NCBI GenBank assembly: GCA_964291265.2
Contig: OZ219747.1
Coordinates: 192,001 to 256,000, forward strand
Source of the DNA: Alphaproteobacteria bacterium
GTDB taxonomy: Bacteria; Pseudomonadota; Alphaproteobacteria; SP197
Length of the DNA stretch: 64,000 bases
Direction: 5' to 3'
Part shown: one piece after another, positions 29,209 through 41,308 of the stretch
Layout of the letters: each line of letters starts with the position of its first letter
How positions within the stretch are numbered: position 1 is the first letter of the stretch
Made by a program: the position numbers and the translations under genes
Notes under the pieces: generated by a model
Databases searched by the model: none
Told to the model about the DNA's origin: nothing
What the model saw: the letters and a program-made list of their open reading frames with translations, nothing else

Positions 29209-30765
29209 TCAGATCCTGGCTTCGATCAGGAACGGGCCCGATGTGGCGAATCCCGCGGCCAGCGCCTCGTTGAATTCCTCGGCGGTGTCTGCCCGGCGGG
29301 CCTCGACGCCCATGGAATGCGACATCTCGACCCAGTTGATCTCGGGCCGATCGAGATCGAACATGTCGTGGGCCTTCGGTCCCGGAGTGGCGCCGACATT
29401 CAGAAGTTCGGAGTGGAGAATGGCGTAGGTCCGGTTGGCATAGACAACCGTGACGACGTCGAGCTGTTCACGGGCCTGGGTCCACAGGGCCTGGACCGTG
29501 TAGAGCGCACTGCCGTCACCGGTGAGGCAGAGCACCTTGCGGTCGGGGCAAGCGACTGCGGCTCCCGTCGCCTCGGGCAAGGCACGGCCGATGGACCCTC
29601 CGGTTCCGAACAGCCAGTCATGGTGCGGACAGCCTTTTGTGTAGGAATAGAGCATGCGTCCCGATGTGATCGCCTCGTCGGAGACGATGCACCCTTCAGG
29701 CATCAGGTGGCCGATTGCCGCTGCGATCTTGTGGATATCGAGGTCTCCTGACCCAAGGGCGGGCCTCTCCGCCGCCTCGCGGCGGGGATCCCAGTGAATG
29801 GCGCCCAGCCAATCCACGAGACAACTGAGTGCCTGCACCACATCGTCCGCCACTCCCGCGAGCTCGACAGGGGGGGCCGTCTCGGGAACGAGCAGGCTCG
29901 GCTTGCCGGGATAGGCAAAGAAGGCAACCGGCATCTTCGCGCCGACAAGAACGACATGACGTATTCCGGCAGTGGCGGCCAGGGCCTCATCGACCACATA
30001 GGGCATGCGTTCCGGGTTGACCCGGCCGGCGCCACGCTCCGTACGGGCGCCGGCAAACTCGCTCATGACGAGAGCGCCGGTCCGTGCGGCGATACGCCCC
30101 GCCAGTTCCACCGCATCGGCGCGCAGCGCCCGACCGCCGAGCAGGATCAGCACCGGCTCGCCGGACAGAAGCACGTCCGCGCATGCCCCGACCCGCCCCT
30201 CGCTCACTCGTTTCGGCGCCGCCACGTGCGGAACCGGGGATGGACCTTCCGCATCGTTCCACGCCGTGTCCGCCGGCAGGACGAGGGTAGCGACCTGCCC
30301 TGGCGGAGTCCGTGCCGCGGCAATCGCCGCCGCCCCGTCGGCGGCGACCGACACCGCGTCCGCGCTGGTCCTGACCCAATCGGAAACCGGCCGCGCAATG
30401 CCCTCGATGTCGGCTGTCAGCGGCGCGTCATGGGCAACGTGGTAGGTCGCATGCTCGCCGACGATGTTGACGATGGGCGTGCGCGCCTTTCTGGCATTGT
30501 GCAGGTTGGCCAGGCCGTTTCCCAGTCCGGGGCCCGTGTGGAGAAGCGTCGCCGCAGGGCTGTCCTTCATGCGTCCGTAACCATCGGCGGCGCCTGTCAC
30601 CACGCCTTCGAAGAGACCAAGGATGCACCGCATGCCATCGACCTTGTCGAGGGCGGCGCAAAAGTGCATTTCCGAAGTACCCGGATTGGTGAAACAGGTG
30701 TCCACTCCGCCATTGACGAGGGTACGCACGAGGCTCTCAGCCCCGTTCATGACATTGTCTTCCAT
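29209..30765 (-). CDS. ThDP-dependent acetolactate synthase large subunit-like enzyme
   Basis: CFTNPGTSEMH; LFEGVVTGAADGY; GDGSALY...N ThDP motif. Start may be 30750. Confidence 0.9.
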   Translation of the reverse strand: MEDNVMNGAESLVRTLVNGGVDTCFTNPGTSEMHFCAALDKVDGMRCILGLFEGVVTGAADGYGRMKDSPAATLLHTGPGLGNGLANLHNARKARTPIVNIVGEHATYHVAHDAPLTADIEGIARPVSDWVRTSADAVSVAADGAAAIAAARTPPGQVATLVLPADTAWNDAEGPSPVPHVAAPKRVSEGRVGACADVLLSGEPVLILLGGRALRADAVELAGRIAARTGALVMSEFAGARTERGAGRVNPERMPYVVDEALAATAGIRHVVLVGAKMPVAFFAYPGKPSLLVPETAPPVELAGVADDVVQALSCLVDWLGAIHWDPRREAAERPALGSGDLDIHKIAAAIGHLMPEGCIVSDEAITSGRMLYSYTKGCPHHDWLFGTGGSIGRALPEATGAAVACPDRKVLCLTGDGSALYTVQALWTQAREQLDVVTVVYANRTYAILHSELLNVGATPGPKAHDMFDLDRPEINWVEMSHSMGVEARRADTAEEFNEALAAGFATSGPFLIEARI

Positions 30766-30786
30766 GACATATCCCCTCGGTTCCTG

Positions 30787-31533
30787 TCAGGGTTCATCGA
30801 GAAAACGGTTGAGCTTGCCGGCGAGGTCCTTCACCGACGCGTCCACCAGGCGGCGTCCCGCCTCAGGCGTGGAGAGCGACGGCAGGCTGCCGATCCGCCC
30901 GTCGGGATAGCGCCTGCGGTAGTCGTCCGAATCGTGGAACCCCGACCACGCAGGCGCCCTGCCCTCGAGATTGACCTTCTTGATGTGCTCGGGAAAGGCA
31001 AACCAGGTGACCGAAACCTCGCTGCACGTCGCGTGCTCGCCCTCGTCGGCCCCGTAGAGTTCCTTCGAGATCGACCGCACGCCTGGCGAATCCCACCAGT
31101 TCGACAACGTGCAGCGCAGCGACCGTTCCACGGGCCGGGTACGCATCGAGGCCTCGGAGTGGACTTCGGCGATTGCCGCATGAATGGTGGCGATGTTTCC
31201 GCCGTGACCGTTGAGAAAGAAGAACCGGTCGAATCCGTGACGGGCAAGGGAGAGGACACAGTCCCGGACAACGCTCATGAGAGTCGAGGGACGCAGGCAC
31301 ATCGATCCGGAAAAGCCGAGATGGTGCTGGGCAACCCCGATGCCAAGGGTGGGCGCGACAAGCACGCCTGTCTCCTCGCCGAGACGACGAGCGACGATGT
31401 CCGGGCAGATGGCATCGGTTCCGATCAGTCCGCCCGGGCCGTGCTGTTCGGTGGAGCCCACCGGCATGATGATGCCGGAACGCGACTCCAGGTAGTGCTC
31501 CACCTCCTGCCAGGTGGAAAGACTGAGCTGCAT
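30787..31533 (-). CDS. Creatininase family protein
   Basis: PVGSTEQHGP..LIGTD; NGHGGN; HA...E. Confidence 0.9.
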   Translation of the reverse strand: MQLSLSTWQEVEHYLESRSGIIMPVGSTEQHGPGGLIGTDAICPDIVARRLGEETGVLVAPTLGIGVAQHHLGFSGSMCLRPSTLMSVVRDCVLSLARHGFDRFFFLNGHGGNIATIHAAIAEVHSEASMRTRPVERSLRCTLSNWWDSPGVRSISKELYGADEGEHATCSEVSVTWFAFPEHIKKVNLEGRAPAWSGFHDSDDYRRRYPDGRIGSLPSLSTPEAGRRLVDASVKDLAGKLNRFLDEP

Positions 31534-31831
31534 GATGTCCCCCGCCGCGCCTGCGCCAAGACTATCCCGCCCGGCCATGAAGGGGCAATGGCTCCAGGGG
31601 CAGGCGCCCGCGTTGCATGAGTCCCCCTCGATGATCCCGGCTTGCGTCCGTGACGGGCCGGGGTTGCAGGCCAGCGCGAGAAGCCGGTCGTTGGCCTGAC
31701 GACGGCTTTCGCCCGGAGTCCGCACCCGCATGGACCATGGCCACGGCGCCCGTGAATCACCGGCTGCATGGCGAAGAACGGGCGACCCGACGCCAGCACA
31801 CAGGAAGGCCGTGCAACCTCAGCGATGGGTA

Positions 31832-31949
31832 AGCATTCGGCCAAGGCGTGACGATGATGAGGATGACGCTGGCACCTGTGCATTGCTCCGGGACTCGCCT
31901 GGATTCACTCGGTTCCGTCATCGCCCCAGTCACCGCGTGACTGAACGCT
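31832..31949 (+). repeat. MITE-like element copy 2
   Basis: AGCATTCGGCCAA...GATGATGAGGATGACGCTGGCACCTGTGCA...GTCACCGCGTGACTGAACGCT; aligns with the reverse complement of 19810-19922. Confidence 0.78.
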
Positions 31950-32165
31950 TGCGGCGATGGAAACCGTGCCTCATCACGAGAGTTCCGAATTCCGGCCCTT
32001 CGACGTTGTCGACAGGGGCTGCCGCAGACGACCGACAGGCCTTCACCGGGAAGGGCGCCCGTTGTCGGGAACCCGGTGACATCGCTGCTTGCGCCGGACG
32101 GGTGGGTTCTTGATTCCAGGAGCCGTGTCGGGCCACACTTCCGGGTGTTCAGCGACGAGGTTCCC

Positions 32166-34106
<1,941 letters not shown>

Positions 34107-34132
34107 TCCGCTTCACCGGGAGAACCGGCGCC

Positions 34133-35149
34133 GTGCCGACGCTTGATGCGGATGTCCTGGGCGACTTCTGCAAGGACATTCTCGTTGCCGCCGGCATGCG
34201 GGAGGGCGACGCCGGCGCGGTATCCGCCCATCTCGTTGACGCCGAACTCAAGGATGTCGTCTCCCATGGCGTCAACAGGATTCCCTACTACCTCTCGTTT
34301 TTCGAAAGCCGCAGCGCCCTGCCGGTTGCCGACATCACCGTGACGCGGCCCGGGCCCTCGGTGGCACGTGTCGACGGCGGCAGCGGACTTGGCATTCTTG
34401 CCATGGACCGGGCGGCCGAAGAACTGATCGACATGAGACGTCACCAACCGGTGGTGACGGCCGGTATCGTCAATGTCGCCCACACCGGGCGCCTGGGAGC
34501 CTATGCCGAACGCCTGGCCCGGCATGGTCTGCTGGCGATGATCTGCGGTGGTGGCGGGCGGGAACGCTGGCGCATGGTGGCCGCCCATGGCGGTCGCGGC
34601 GGAGCGTTGTCGACCAATCCCTGGGCGCTTGCCATGCCGGCCGGTGAGGCCGGGCCGGTGTCGGCGGATTTTGCCACCTGCGTCGCGGCAAACGGCAAGA
34701 TCCGCCTGCGTCGGCGAACCGGTGAGGACGTGCCCGAGGGCTGGCTGATCGACCGGGACGGCCATCCGACCACGAATATCGATGATTATGACAACGGCGG
34801 AGCCCTGCTCCCGGCCGGCGGCCACAAGGGTTACGGCCTCGCTGTCATTGGCGAAATCGTCGGCAGCGCCATGCTCGGTCCGGCATGCGAATTCAACTGG
34901 TTGATTGTCGCCATTGCCACAGATGCCTTCGGATCAGCAGGACACTATGCCAGAACCGCGCAGGCCATCGTCGAAAGTCTGCGTACCTCGCCGCCCGCAC
35001 CCGGCGTCGACCGGGTGCGGGTTCCGGGAGATCCCGAAAGGGAGAGCGAATGCCGGAAACGGACATCCGGCATCGAGCTTCACACGGAAATCTGGCAAGG
35101 CCTCGTCGATGCCGCCGGCCAAACCGGGGTGCCGGTGCCGCCGGCCTGA
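34133..35149 (+). CDS. Ldh_2 family (type 2 malate/L-lactate dehydrogenase) oxidoreductase
   Basis: SHGVNRIPYY; HTGRLGAY; STNP; GGHKGYGL; VRVPG. Confidence 0.88.
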   Translation: MPTLDADVLGDFCKDILVAAGMREGDAGAVSAHLVDAELKDVVSHGVNRIPYYLSFFESRSALPVADITVTRPGPSVARVDGGSGLGILAMDRAAEELIDMRRHQPVVTAGIVNVAHTGRLGAYAERLARHGLLAMICGGGGRERWRMVAAHGGRGGALSTNPWALAMPAGEAGPVSADFATCVAANGKIRLRRRTGEDVPEGWLIDRDGHPTTNIDDYDNGGALLPAGGHKGYGLAVIGEIVGSAMLGPACEFNWLIVAIATDAFGSAGHYARTAQAIVESLRTSPPAPGVDRVRVPGDPERESECRKRTSGIELHTEIWQGLVDAAGQTGVPVPPA

Positions 35150-35169
35150 CTGCGGCGCCGGCCCCGTTC

Positions 35170-36048
35170 TCAGCTGGCGACGTAGCGATACCCGTCGCGA
35201 TGCACCCTGCCTTCGTTCAGAAGGTCCTTGACGGCCCGTGTCGCCTCGGCGCTGGAGAGCGACACGCCGGTTGCCTGCGCGACGCCGGCGCGAATGGCCG
35301 CCATCTTGCAGCCCTCCTTTCCGGCCTGGGCGATGACGCCGGCAACCTCGGCCATCGCCCGCGCGACCTCGGCGGAAACAGGTTTGCGGGGACGCCCGCG
35401 CCTGCCGCCTCCCGACCGTGCCACCGGTGCGGGCAACTCCGTTTCGCCGGTTTCTCCTGTCGCCGGATCTTCCTCGAACGGAATCGCCTTGCCCGCGGAC
35501 TGGACCGCAAGCTGTTCCTCACCGCCACCGTCCGACGGGAGGGCGCTTTCTGCCTGAACGGCCTCGGCAGCGGCCCCTGGCGCAGCGCTCCCGACAGCCA
35601 CGAAGCGATAACCCTCGCGACGAATGCTCATTTCCGAAAGAAGCGACTGAAGAGCTTCGTCAAGCGCCTTGCGCGTCGGCTCCTCGCCCCTGCGATTGGC
35701 CAGCAAGCCACTCAGAGCCGAACGCATGACGCCGTGTTGTCCTGAACCGGAAATCGCAGCCAGAACTGCCGCGGGTGCAACCTTTCCCGCGAAGGCCTTC
35801 CGGCCGCGTTTCCTGCCCGACCGGGCCTTGCTGCCTTTCCTGCCCGGACCTCTGCCCCTCCTGGCCGGCCGGCGTTCCGCAGCATCATCGCCGATCAGCG
35901 TCTGCAGGCCTTGTACGGCCTTTTGCATTTTCTCGATCGATTGCCGAACTGTCGCGGCTTCGGCCAGCAACGTCTGGTGCCGTTCTTCTTCGGATGCAAT
36001 TTCCCTGTTAATCATCGTCAGGACTTCTGTAATCTTGGCGTTGCTCAC
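35170..36048 (-). CDS. Hypothetical DNA-binding protein (coiled coil, basic/AT-hook linkers, two repeated helical domains)
   Basis: SD AAGGGAG before GTG 36048; N-terminal heptad helix; RRGRGPGRKG...RKRGRK and RRGRPRK; internal repeat IRREGYRFVA / VHRDGYRYVA. Confidence 0.75.
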   Translation of the reverse strand: MSNAKITEVLTMINREIASEEERHQTLLAEAATVRQSIEKMQKAVQGLQTLIGDDAAERRPARRGRGPGRKGSKARSGRKRGRKAFAGKVAPAAVLAAISGSGQHGVMRSALSGLLANRRGEEPTRKALDEALQSLLSEMSIRREGYRFVAVGSAAPGAAAEAVQAESALPSDGGGEEQLAVQSAGKAIPFEEDPATGETGETELPAPVARSGGGRRGRPRKPVSAEVARAMAEVAGVIAQAGKEGCKMAAIRAGVAQATGVSLSSAEATRAVKDLLNEGRVHRDGYRYVAS

Positions 36049-36097
36049 GTGGACTCCCTTTCCCGGCTCGCCTCGAGATTCCGGTGTGTATGAATGT

Positions 36098-36126
36098 TCA
36101 CTAAAGCGGGGGCGGATAGACGTCAA
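36098..36126 (-). promoter_or_regulatory. Putative sigma70 promoter for the 35170-36048 gene
   Basis: TTGACG-N17-TAGTGA in a relatively AT-rich spacer. The -10 lacks the last T, as is common in alphaproteobacterial promoters. Confidence 0.45.
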
Positions 36127-36272
36127 TCCCCCTGTTCGGGAAAACAGGAATTTCAGGCGAATCCGTGGTTGACTGTATCGTTGACTGAAAGGCAATGTTG
36201 CGGAACTGATCAAGCGTGTGGTTCGGGGTCGCCTTCCCTGCCCCACCAGGCGGCCAATGGAGGCCGACCGCG

Positions 36273-37461
36273 CATGGCGGACGATACCGGACACCGGCAG
36301 ATTGTCCATCGGCTGTTTCCCGGATCCCGAAAGAAAGTACGCAGGCTGGCTGCTCTCGCTCATCGCCTGCCGTTTCGTCCGGAACGCCCTGCTCGACCGA
36401 CAAGAGCAGCAGCGAGACTGGCGGGAGTGGAACGGCTAACCCGAGCGTTTCGTTCTTCACGGCTCGACAAGGCCTTCATCCGGCTCCGCCGGTTGACGCC
36501 GTGCTTGCAGGAGATGTCGCAGGCTCAGGCGGATGCGTGGCAGCGATGTTTCAGGGGGCTGAGGCGGCCGCCCGAAGTTCAGGCGGCGCGGGCATGATGA
36601 GCGTGTGCGCTCCCGGGCGCCATCCGCATCTTTCAAACGGCACGCTCCAGGTTCAGGAAGATCGGGTCGATGACGCTGCGCCGCAGGGGAGGGAACCCTT
36701 GTCCCGAGGGAGAGCCGGTCCGCGGATCGACGGCACGTGGCATGCGATCCGTCTGCTGCGGGGTAGCGGCTGTCGAGCGCCGACGACGACGGCGCCGTGA
36801 CCGGCATTGACATGAAAGCGGGCCACCGGCGGCGGCGGGATCCTTCATGCGCCGGTGACGGGCCGCCTCGAAGCGCGATGCAAGCGGGGGCGGCGCAGGA
36901 TGTCGCGCCAAGGCAGCGGACGGCGTGAGCGCACCCGCCGCCGCCATGCCCGGACGGTGCCGCAAGGATGGCCATTGAAGCGGCGCAACTGGCAGCACCG
37001 CGTTGTCTCGCGGAAGCTGGCTGGCTTGAACGGACGTCGTGGAAGATCCGAAGACCGCCGGCAGGACGCGGAGTGCAAGGGGCACGGTCGAGCATCCCGG
37101 GACGAACGTGAAGGCGAAGTTCGGGCTGAACCGCGGGATCATCGCCAGGGGCCGGTGTTGAGTTGCATAGCGATGCTCGCCTGCAAGGCTCCGCGCCTCG
37201 TCTGTGGTGAAGGCGGCGCATGTCAGCCAGACGTGTGCGGAGTGCAACAATGGCTTGAGGCCGCCTCTCTTGCCAACACAGGCGACATTCACATGCTCAG
37301 GCCATGCGGACCTGAATGCGGTCCGCAACGTCAGGCGTCGGGGACCGGCGCATCGGCACGCGGATGGAGCGTTGCCGCCAGGCGCTCCGATGATCCGTGG
37401 AATGGATCGCTTAACTGGCGGCATGAGCCATTCAGTCAACGATACAAGCCCCAAACCATGA
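36273..37461 (+). pseudogene. tnpB: Nearly full-length but multiply frameshifted tnpB (IS200/IS605 RNA-guided nuclease)
   Basis: Motifs in order: HRLFPG, ACRFVRN, AWQRCF..RPKFRRRG, GIDM (RuvC-I), VVED (RuvC-II), RSARGTVEHPGTNVKAKFGLNRGI, VSQTCAEC, HADLNAVRNV (RuvC-III). Confidence 0.88.
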
Positions 37462-37497
37462 TAGGTTCTGCACCCCATCGCTTCTGGAGTTCGACAG

Positions 37498-38229
37498 ATG
37501 GCAGACAGTGACGCAGGCTGGAGTGAGGATGATTCACGCCACTTCATCGACTACGGCGCCTACTTTGTGCCCGAGCGGGAAATGCAGCTTGACGCGATTT
37601 GCAGGGTCATTCCCCGCCCGCAGGAAAACGCCCTCATTGTCGATATCTGCTGCGGTGAAGGCCTTCTCGCATCAGCCCTGGCGCGAAGATTCACCACATG
37701 CCATATCCTGGCGCTTGACGGCTCCTCGGCCATGCTCGAGGCAGCAGGCAGGCGCCTCGGCGAGACCGGAGCGTCCTGGACGACATCCCTCATGGACATT
37801 GCCGATTCAGGCTGGCGGCGATTCGACCGACCGGTCCACGCTTTCGTGTCGTCGCTTGCCGTCCACCACCTCGACGGACCGGGAAAGGCCGAACTGTTCG
37901 GGGATCTCGCGGCTGCCCTTGCGCCCGGAGGCGTGATCATCATCTGCGATCTCGTCGAGGCGCAACGCCGGGAAGGTCTCGCCTTGTGGGAGAGTCACTG
38001 GGACGACGGTGTCAGGGAAAGGGCCATCCGTCTCGACGGCAACGAGGACATGCTGCACTTCTTTCGCGAGGATGGCTGGAACTACTACAGCGATCCCGAA
38101 GCCGACCCGGTCGACATGCCATCCGGTCTGTTCGAACAGTTCAAGTGGCTGGAGGCGGCCGGTCTGGTGGATATCGATATCCACTGGCTTCTGGCAGGAC
38201 ACGCAGTCTTTTCGGCCCGCAAGCCTTGA
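37498..38229 (+). CDS. Class I SAM-dependent methyltransferase
   Basis: IVDICCGEG; ALDGSSAML; SSLAVHHL; LAPGG. Confidence 0.88.
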   Translation: MADSDAGWSEDDSRHFIDYGAYFVPEREMQLDAICRVIPRPQENALIVDICCGEGLLASALARRFTTCHILALDGSSAMLEAAGRRLGETGASWTTSLMDIADSGWRRFDRPVHAFVSSLAVHHLDGPGKAELFGDLAAALAPGGVIIICDLVEAQRREGLALWESHWDDGVRERAIRLDGNEDMLHFFREDGWNYYSDPEADPVDMPSGLFEQFKWLEAAGLVDIDIHWLLAGHAVFSARKP

Positions 38230-38238
38230 GAGCTGACT

Positions 38239-40530
38239 TCAGGCGCATCTGGAGAACCCGCAGGACGTACAGAGCAGGCAGCCCTCCTGATGGATCAGAC
38301 CCGGAAGACCGCACCGCGGACAACTGGCGGAACCGCGGTCCGGTTCGCCGACGGAGCCGATGCCCTTGCCTGTGTCGCTGATGAAACCGATGCTGATCAT
38401 GTGGGTCTCGAGAACGTCGCCGATGGCGGCCAGCAGCGAGGGCACGTAGCGACCATTCATCCATGATCCGCCGCGCGGATCGAACACCGCCTTCAGTTCC
38501 TCGACCACGAAGCTCACATCACCGCCACGGCGGAACACCGCCGAGATCATCCGGGTGAGACCCAGGGTCCAGGCGTAGTGATCCATGTTCTTCGAGTTGA
38601 TGAAGACCTCGAAAGGCCGCCTGCGGCCATTCCTGACCACATCGTTCACGGTCAGGTAGATCGCATGGTCACTCTCCGGCCAGCGCAGCTTGTAGGTCCT
38701 CCCCGGGAGAACCTCGGGACGGTCGAGGGGCCGGGTCAGGTGAATGACGCCGGCAGTCTCGAATGTATCCCCCGGGGTTTCGGATCCTGGTTCGTCAAGG
38801 GGCAGAAGGGGCTCTGCATCCGCGGCCGCGGGCGCTTCGAGGACAGCGCCGGTGACATCGTTCGGCCGGTATGTCGTGCAGCCCTTGCATCCCAGCCCGT
38901 AGGCCTCGAGATAGACATCCTTGAAATCCTCGAAAGGCATGTCCACGGGCACGTTGATGGTCTTGGAAATCGAACTGTCGATGTACTCCTGGACGACCGC
39001 CTGCATGCGTACGTGGTCGGTCGGCCTGAGTGTCTGGGCATCCACGAAGTAGTCGGGCAGCGGAGTGTCCTCACCGCGCATCCGGCGCCACAGGCGGAGC
39101 GCGTGGTCGGTGACCTCCTCGCTTCTCCTGGTTCCGTCGGGCATCAGGACATGGCGCGTGTAGGAAAAGGCAAAGACCGGCTCGAGACCCGAGGAGATGT
39201 TGTCGGCGAAGAGCGAAATCGTGCCGGTCGGGGCAATCGATGTCAGCAGCGCATTGCGGATGCCGTTGGCGGCAATCGCGTCGCGCACGTCCCGGTCGAG
39301 TCCGGCGACGGTCTCGCCCGCCAGATAGGCTTCGGCATCGAAGAGCGGGAAGGGCCCCTTCTCCTCCGCCAGACGCACGGATGCAAGATAGGCCTGGCGA
39401 CGCAGGCATGCGAGCCAGGTGCGGGCCAGCGTGACCGCTTTTTCGCTGCCGTAATGCGCCTTCATCATGATGAGCGCGTCGGCAAGACCGGTGACGCCCA
39501 GACCGATGCGCCGCTTGGCGGCAGCCTCCCGGCGCTGCTCCTCAAGGGGAAACCGCGACACGTCGATGATGTTGTCCATCATCCTCACGGCAGCCGCCAC
39601 CGAGCGGGAAAACCCCTCGTCATCGAACCGTGCCTCGTCACCGAACGGATCGGTGATGAAACGCGTCAGGTTGATGGAACCCAGAAGGCAGGCGCCATAG
39701 GGCGGCAGGGGTTGTTCACCGCATGGATTGGTGGCGGAGATGGTCTCGCAGTAGTGGAGGTTGTTCCGCCGGTTGATGCGGTCGATGAAGATGACACCGG
39801 GTTCGGCGCAGGCATAGGTGCCGCGCATGATCCGGTCCCACAGGTCGCGGGCCGACACCGTTCCATGGACAACGCCGTCAAAGACGAGTTCCCAGGCATC
39901 GTCCTGCCGGACCGCGGTCATGAAGGCATCGGTCACGAGCACGGAGAGATTGAACATGCGCAGTCGTCCGGCTTCCTGCTTGGCGTCGATGAACGCCTCG
40001 ATGTCCGGGTGATCGCAGCGCATGGTCGCCATCATCGCCCCGCGACGGTGGCCGGCGCTCATGATGGTGCGACACATGGAATCCCAGACATCCATGAAGG
40101 TCAGCGGTCCGGAGGCGTCAGCGCCCACACCACGAACGACAGCGCCCTCGGGTCTCAGTGTCGAAAAGTCATAACCGATCCCGCCACCGGCCTGCATGGT
40201 GAGAGCCGCCTCCTTGAGGTGATCGAAGATCCCGCCCATGTCGTCGGGAATGGTCCCCATGACAAAGCAGTTGAAGAGCGTGACCTTCCTCCGGGTGCCT
40301 GCGCCGGCCAGAATCCTGCCGGCGGGCAGGAAACGGTAGCCGGACATGGCCTCGAAGAACTGTTCTGCTATCCGGTGTCGGCTGGCGGCGTCCTCTACCG
40401 ATGCGCAGGCTTCGGCCACCCGTCGCCAGGTCGCCTCGACATCGTTGTCCACCGGCGTGCCGTCGGGCCCCTTGAGACGGTACTTCATATCCCAGATCTG
40501 CAAGGCAATGGGGGATTGAGCGTCACTCAT
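38239..40530 (-). CDS. nrdJ: Adenosylcobalamin-dependent (class II) ribonucleotide reductase with TSCPD and Zn-ribbon tail
   Basis: TLFNCFV; GGGIG; ATNPCGEQPL; IAPTGTIS; KGCTTYR; C-terminal CPRC...CTSC. Confidence 0.94.
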   Translation of the reverse strand: MSDAQSPIALQIWDMKYRLKGPDGTPVDNDVEATWRRVAEACASVEDAASRHRIAEQFFEAMSGYRFLPAGRILAGAGTRRKVTLFNCFVMGTIPDDMGGIFDHLKEAALTMQAGGGIGYDFSTLRPEGAVVRGVGADASGPLTFMDVWDSMCRTIMSAGHRRGAMMATMRCDHPDIEAFIDAKQEAGRLRMFNLSVLVTDAFMTAVRQDDAWELVFDGVVHGTVSARDLWDRIMRGTYACAEPGVIFIDRINRRNNLHYCETISATNPCGEQPLPPYGACLLGSINLTRFITDPFGDEARFDDEGFSRSVAAAVRMMDNIIDVSRFPLEEQRREAAAKRRIGLGVTGLADALIMMKAHYGSEKAVTLARTWLACLRRQAYLASVRLAEEKGPFPLFDAEAYLAGETVAGLDRDVRDAIAANGIRNALLTSIAPTGTISLFADNISSGLEPVFAFSYTRHVLMPDGTRRSEEVTDHALRLWRRMRGEDTPLPDYFVDAQTLRPTDHVRMQAVVQEYIDSSISKTINVPVDMPFEDFKDVYLEAYGLGCKGCTTYRPNDVTGAVLEAPAAADAEPLLPLDEPGSETPGDTFETAGVIHLTRPLDRPEVLPGRTYKLRWPESDHAIYLTVNDVVRNGRRRPFEVFINSKNMDHYAWTLGLTRMISAVFRRGGDVSFVVEELKAVFDPRGGSWMNGRYVPSLLAAIGDVLETHMISIGFISDTGKGIGSVGEPDRGSASCPRCGLPGLIHQEGCLLCTSCGFSRCA

Positions 40531-40579
40531 CTGCCATCCCTTCCGTCTCGTGGCATCATGGCGTTCCTCGTGTGTACTC

Positions 40580-41308
40580 TCAACGGCCACCCCTGTTCCG
40601 GGCCTCGACGACGAGCTCTCTGGTTCCGGATTCAATCCTTGATTCAAGCTCTTCCATGAAACGCTCCCGCGGCAGGGCAGGTGGTACCGCCTCGAGGAAG
40701 GCCATGACGGCGCACCCCGGCGTCTTCCTGATATGCCGGCGTGGCCAGAAGACCCCGCTGTTGAGTGCCACCGGAATCACCGGCACGCCCAGTGCGGCAT
40801 AGAGTCCGGCCACGCCACGCTGGTAGGCGACCCTTTCACCGGGGGCCGTGCGTGTGCCCTCGGGGAAGATCACCATGCACCGGCCCTCGCTGGCCACCGT
40901 TGCCGCGTGGCTCAGGATGCGGCGCAGCGCGGAGAGGCCGGCGCTGCGATCAATGGCGAGGCAATCCATGGCCGAAATGAACCAGCCGACAACCGGAATT
41001 CGGACGATTTCCCGCTTGATGATGAAACAGGCATCCGGAAACAGCCTCACGAGGGCGTAGGTTTCCAGGGCGGACTGGTGCTTGACGGCGATCAGCGCCG
41101 GGCCGTCCGGCAGGTTGGTCCTGCCCCTCACCTCGATCCTGAGCCCGACCACAACGTCGAGGAGAAAGAGCTGCACACCGGCAAACCAGACAGGGACCCG
41201 GGCGGCCAGACGGCGAGCAAGGAGCAGTGTCGGCAGCGTCGTGACAGCCAGAAACACCATGACCCCCAGCGACAGAACGAGAAACGCGCATGACCGGATG
41301 AAGGTCAT
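40580..41308 (-). CDS. plsC: 1-acyl-sn-glycerol-3-phosphate acyltransferase
   Basis: KHQSALE; IFPEGTR; PVALNSG. Confidence 0.85.
   Translation of the reverse strand: MTFIRSCAFLVLSLGVMVFLAVTTLPTLLLARRLAARVPVWFAGVQLFLLDVVVGLRIEVRGRTNLPDGPALIAVKHQSALETYALVRLFPDACFIIKREIVRIPVVGWFISAMDCLAIDRSAGLSALRRILSHAATVASEGRCMVIFPEGTRTAPGERVAYQRGVAGLYAALGVPVIPVALNSGVFWPRRHIRKTPGCAVMAFLEAVPPALPRERFMEELESRIESGTRELVVEARNRGGR

Noticed and set aside
40530-40600. Cobalamin riboswitch upstream of nrdJ
   Set aside because: Only about 50 bp separate nrdJ from plsC, and no B12-box is visible.
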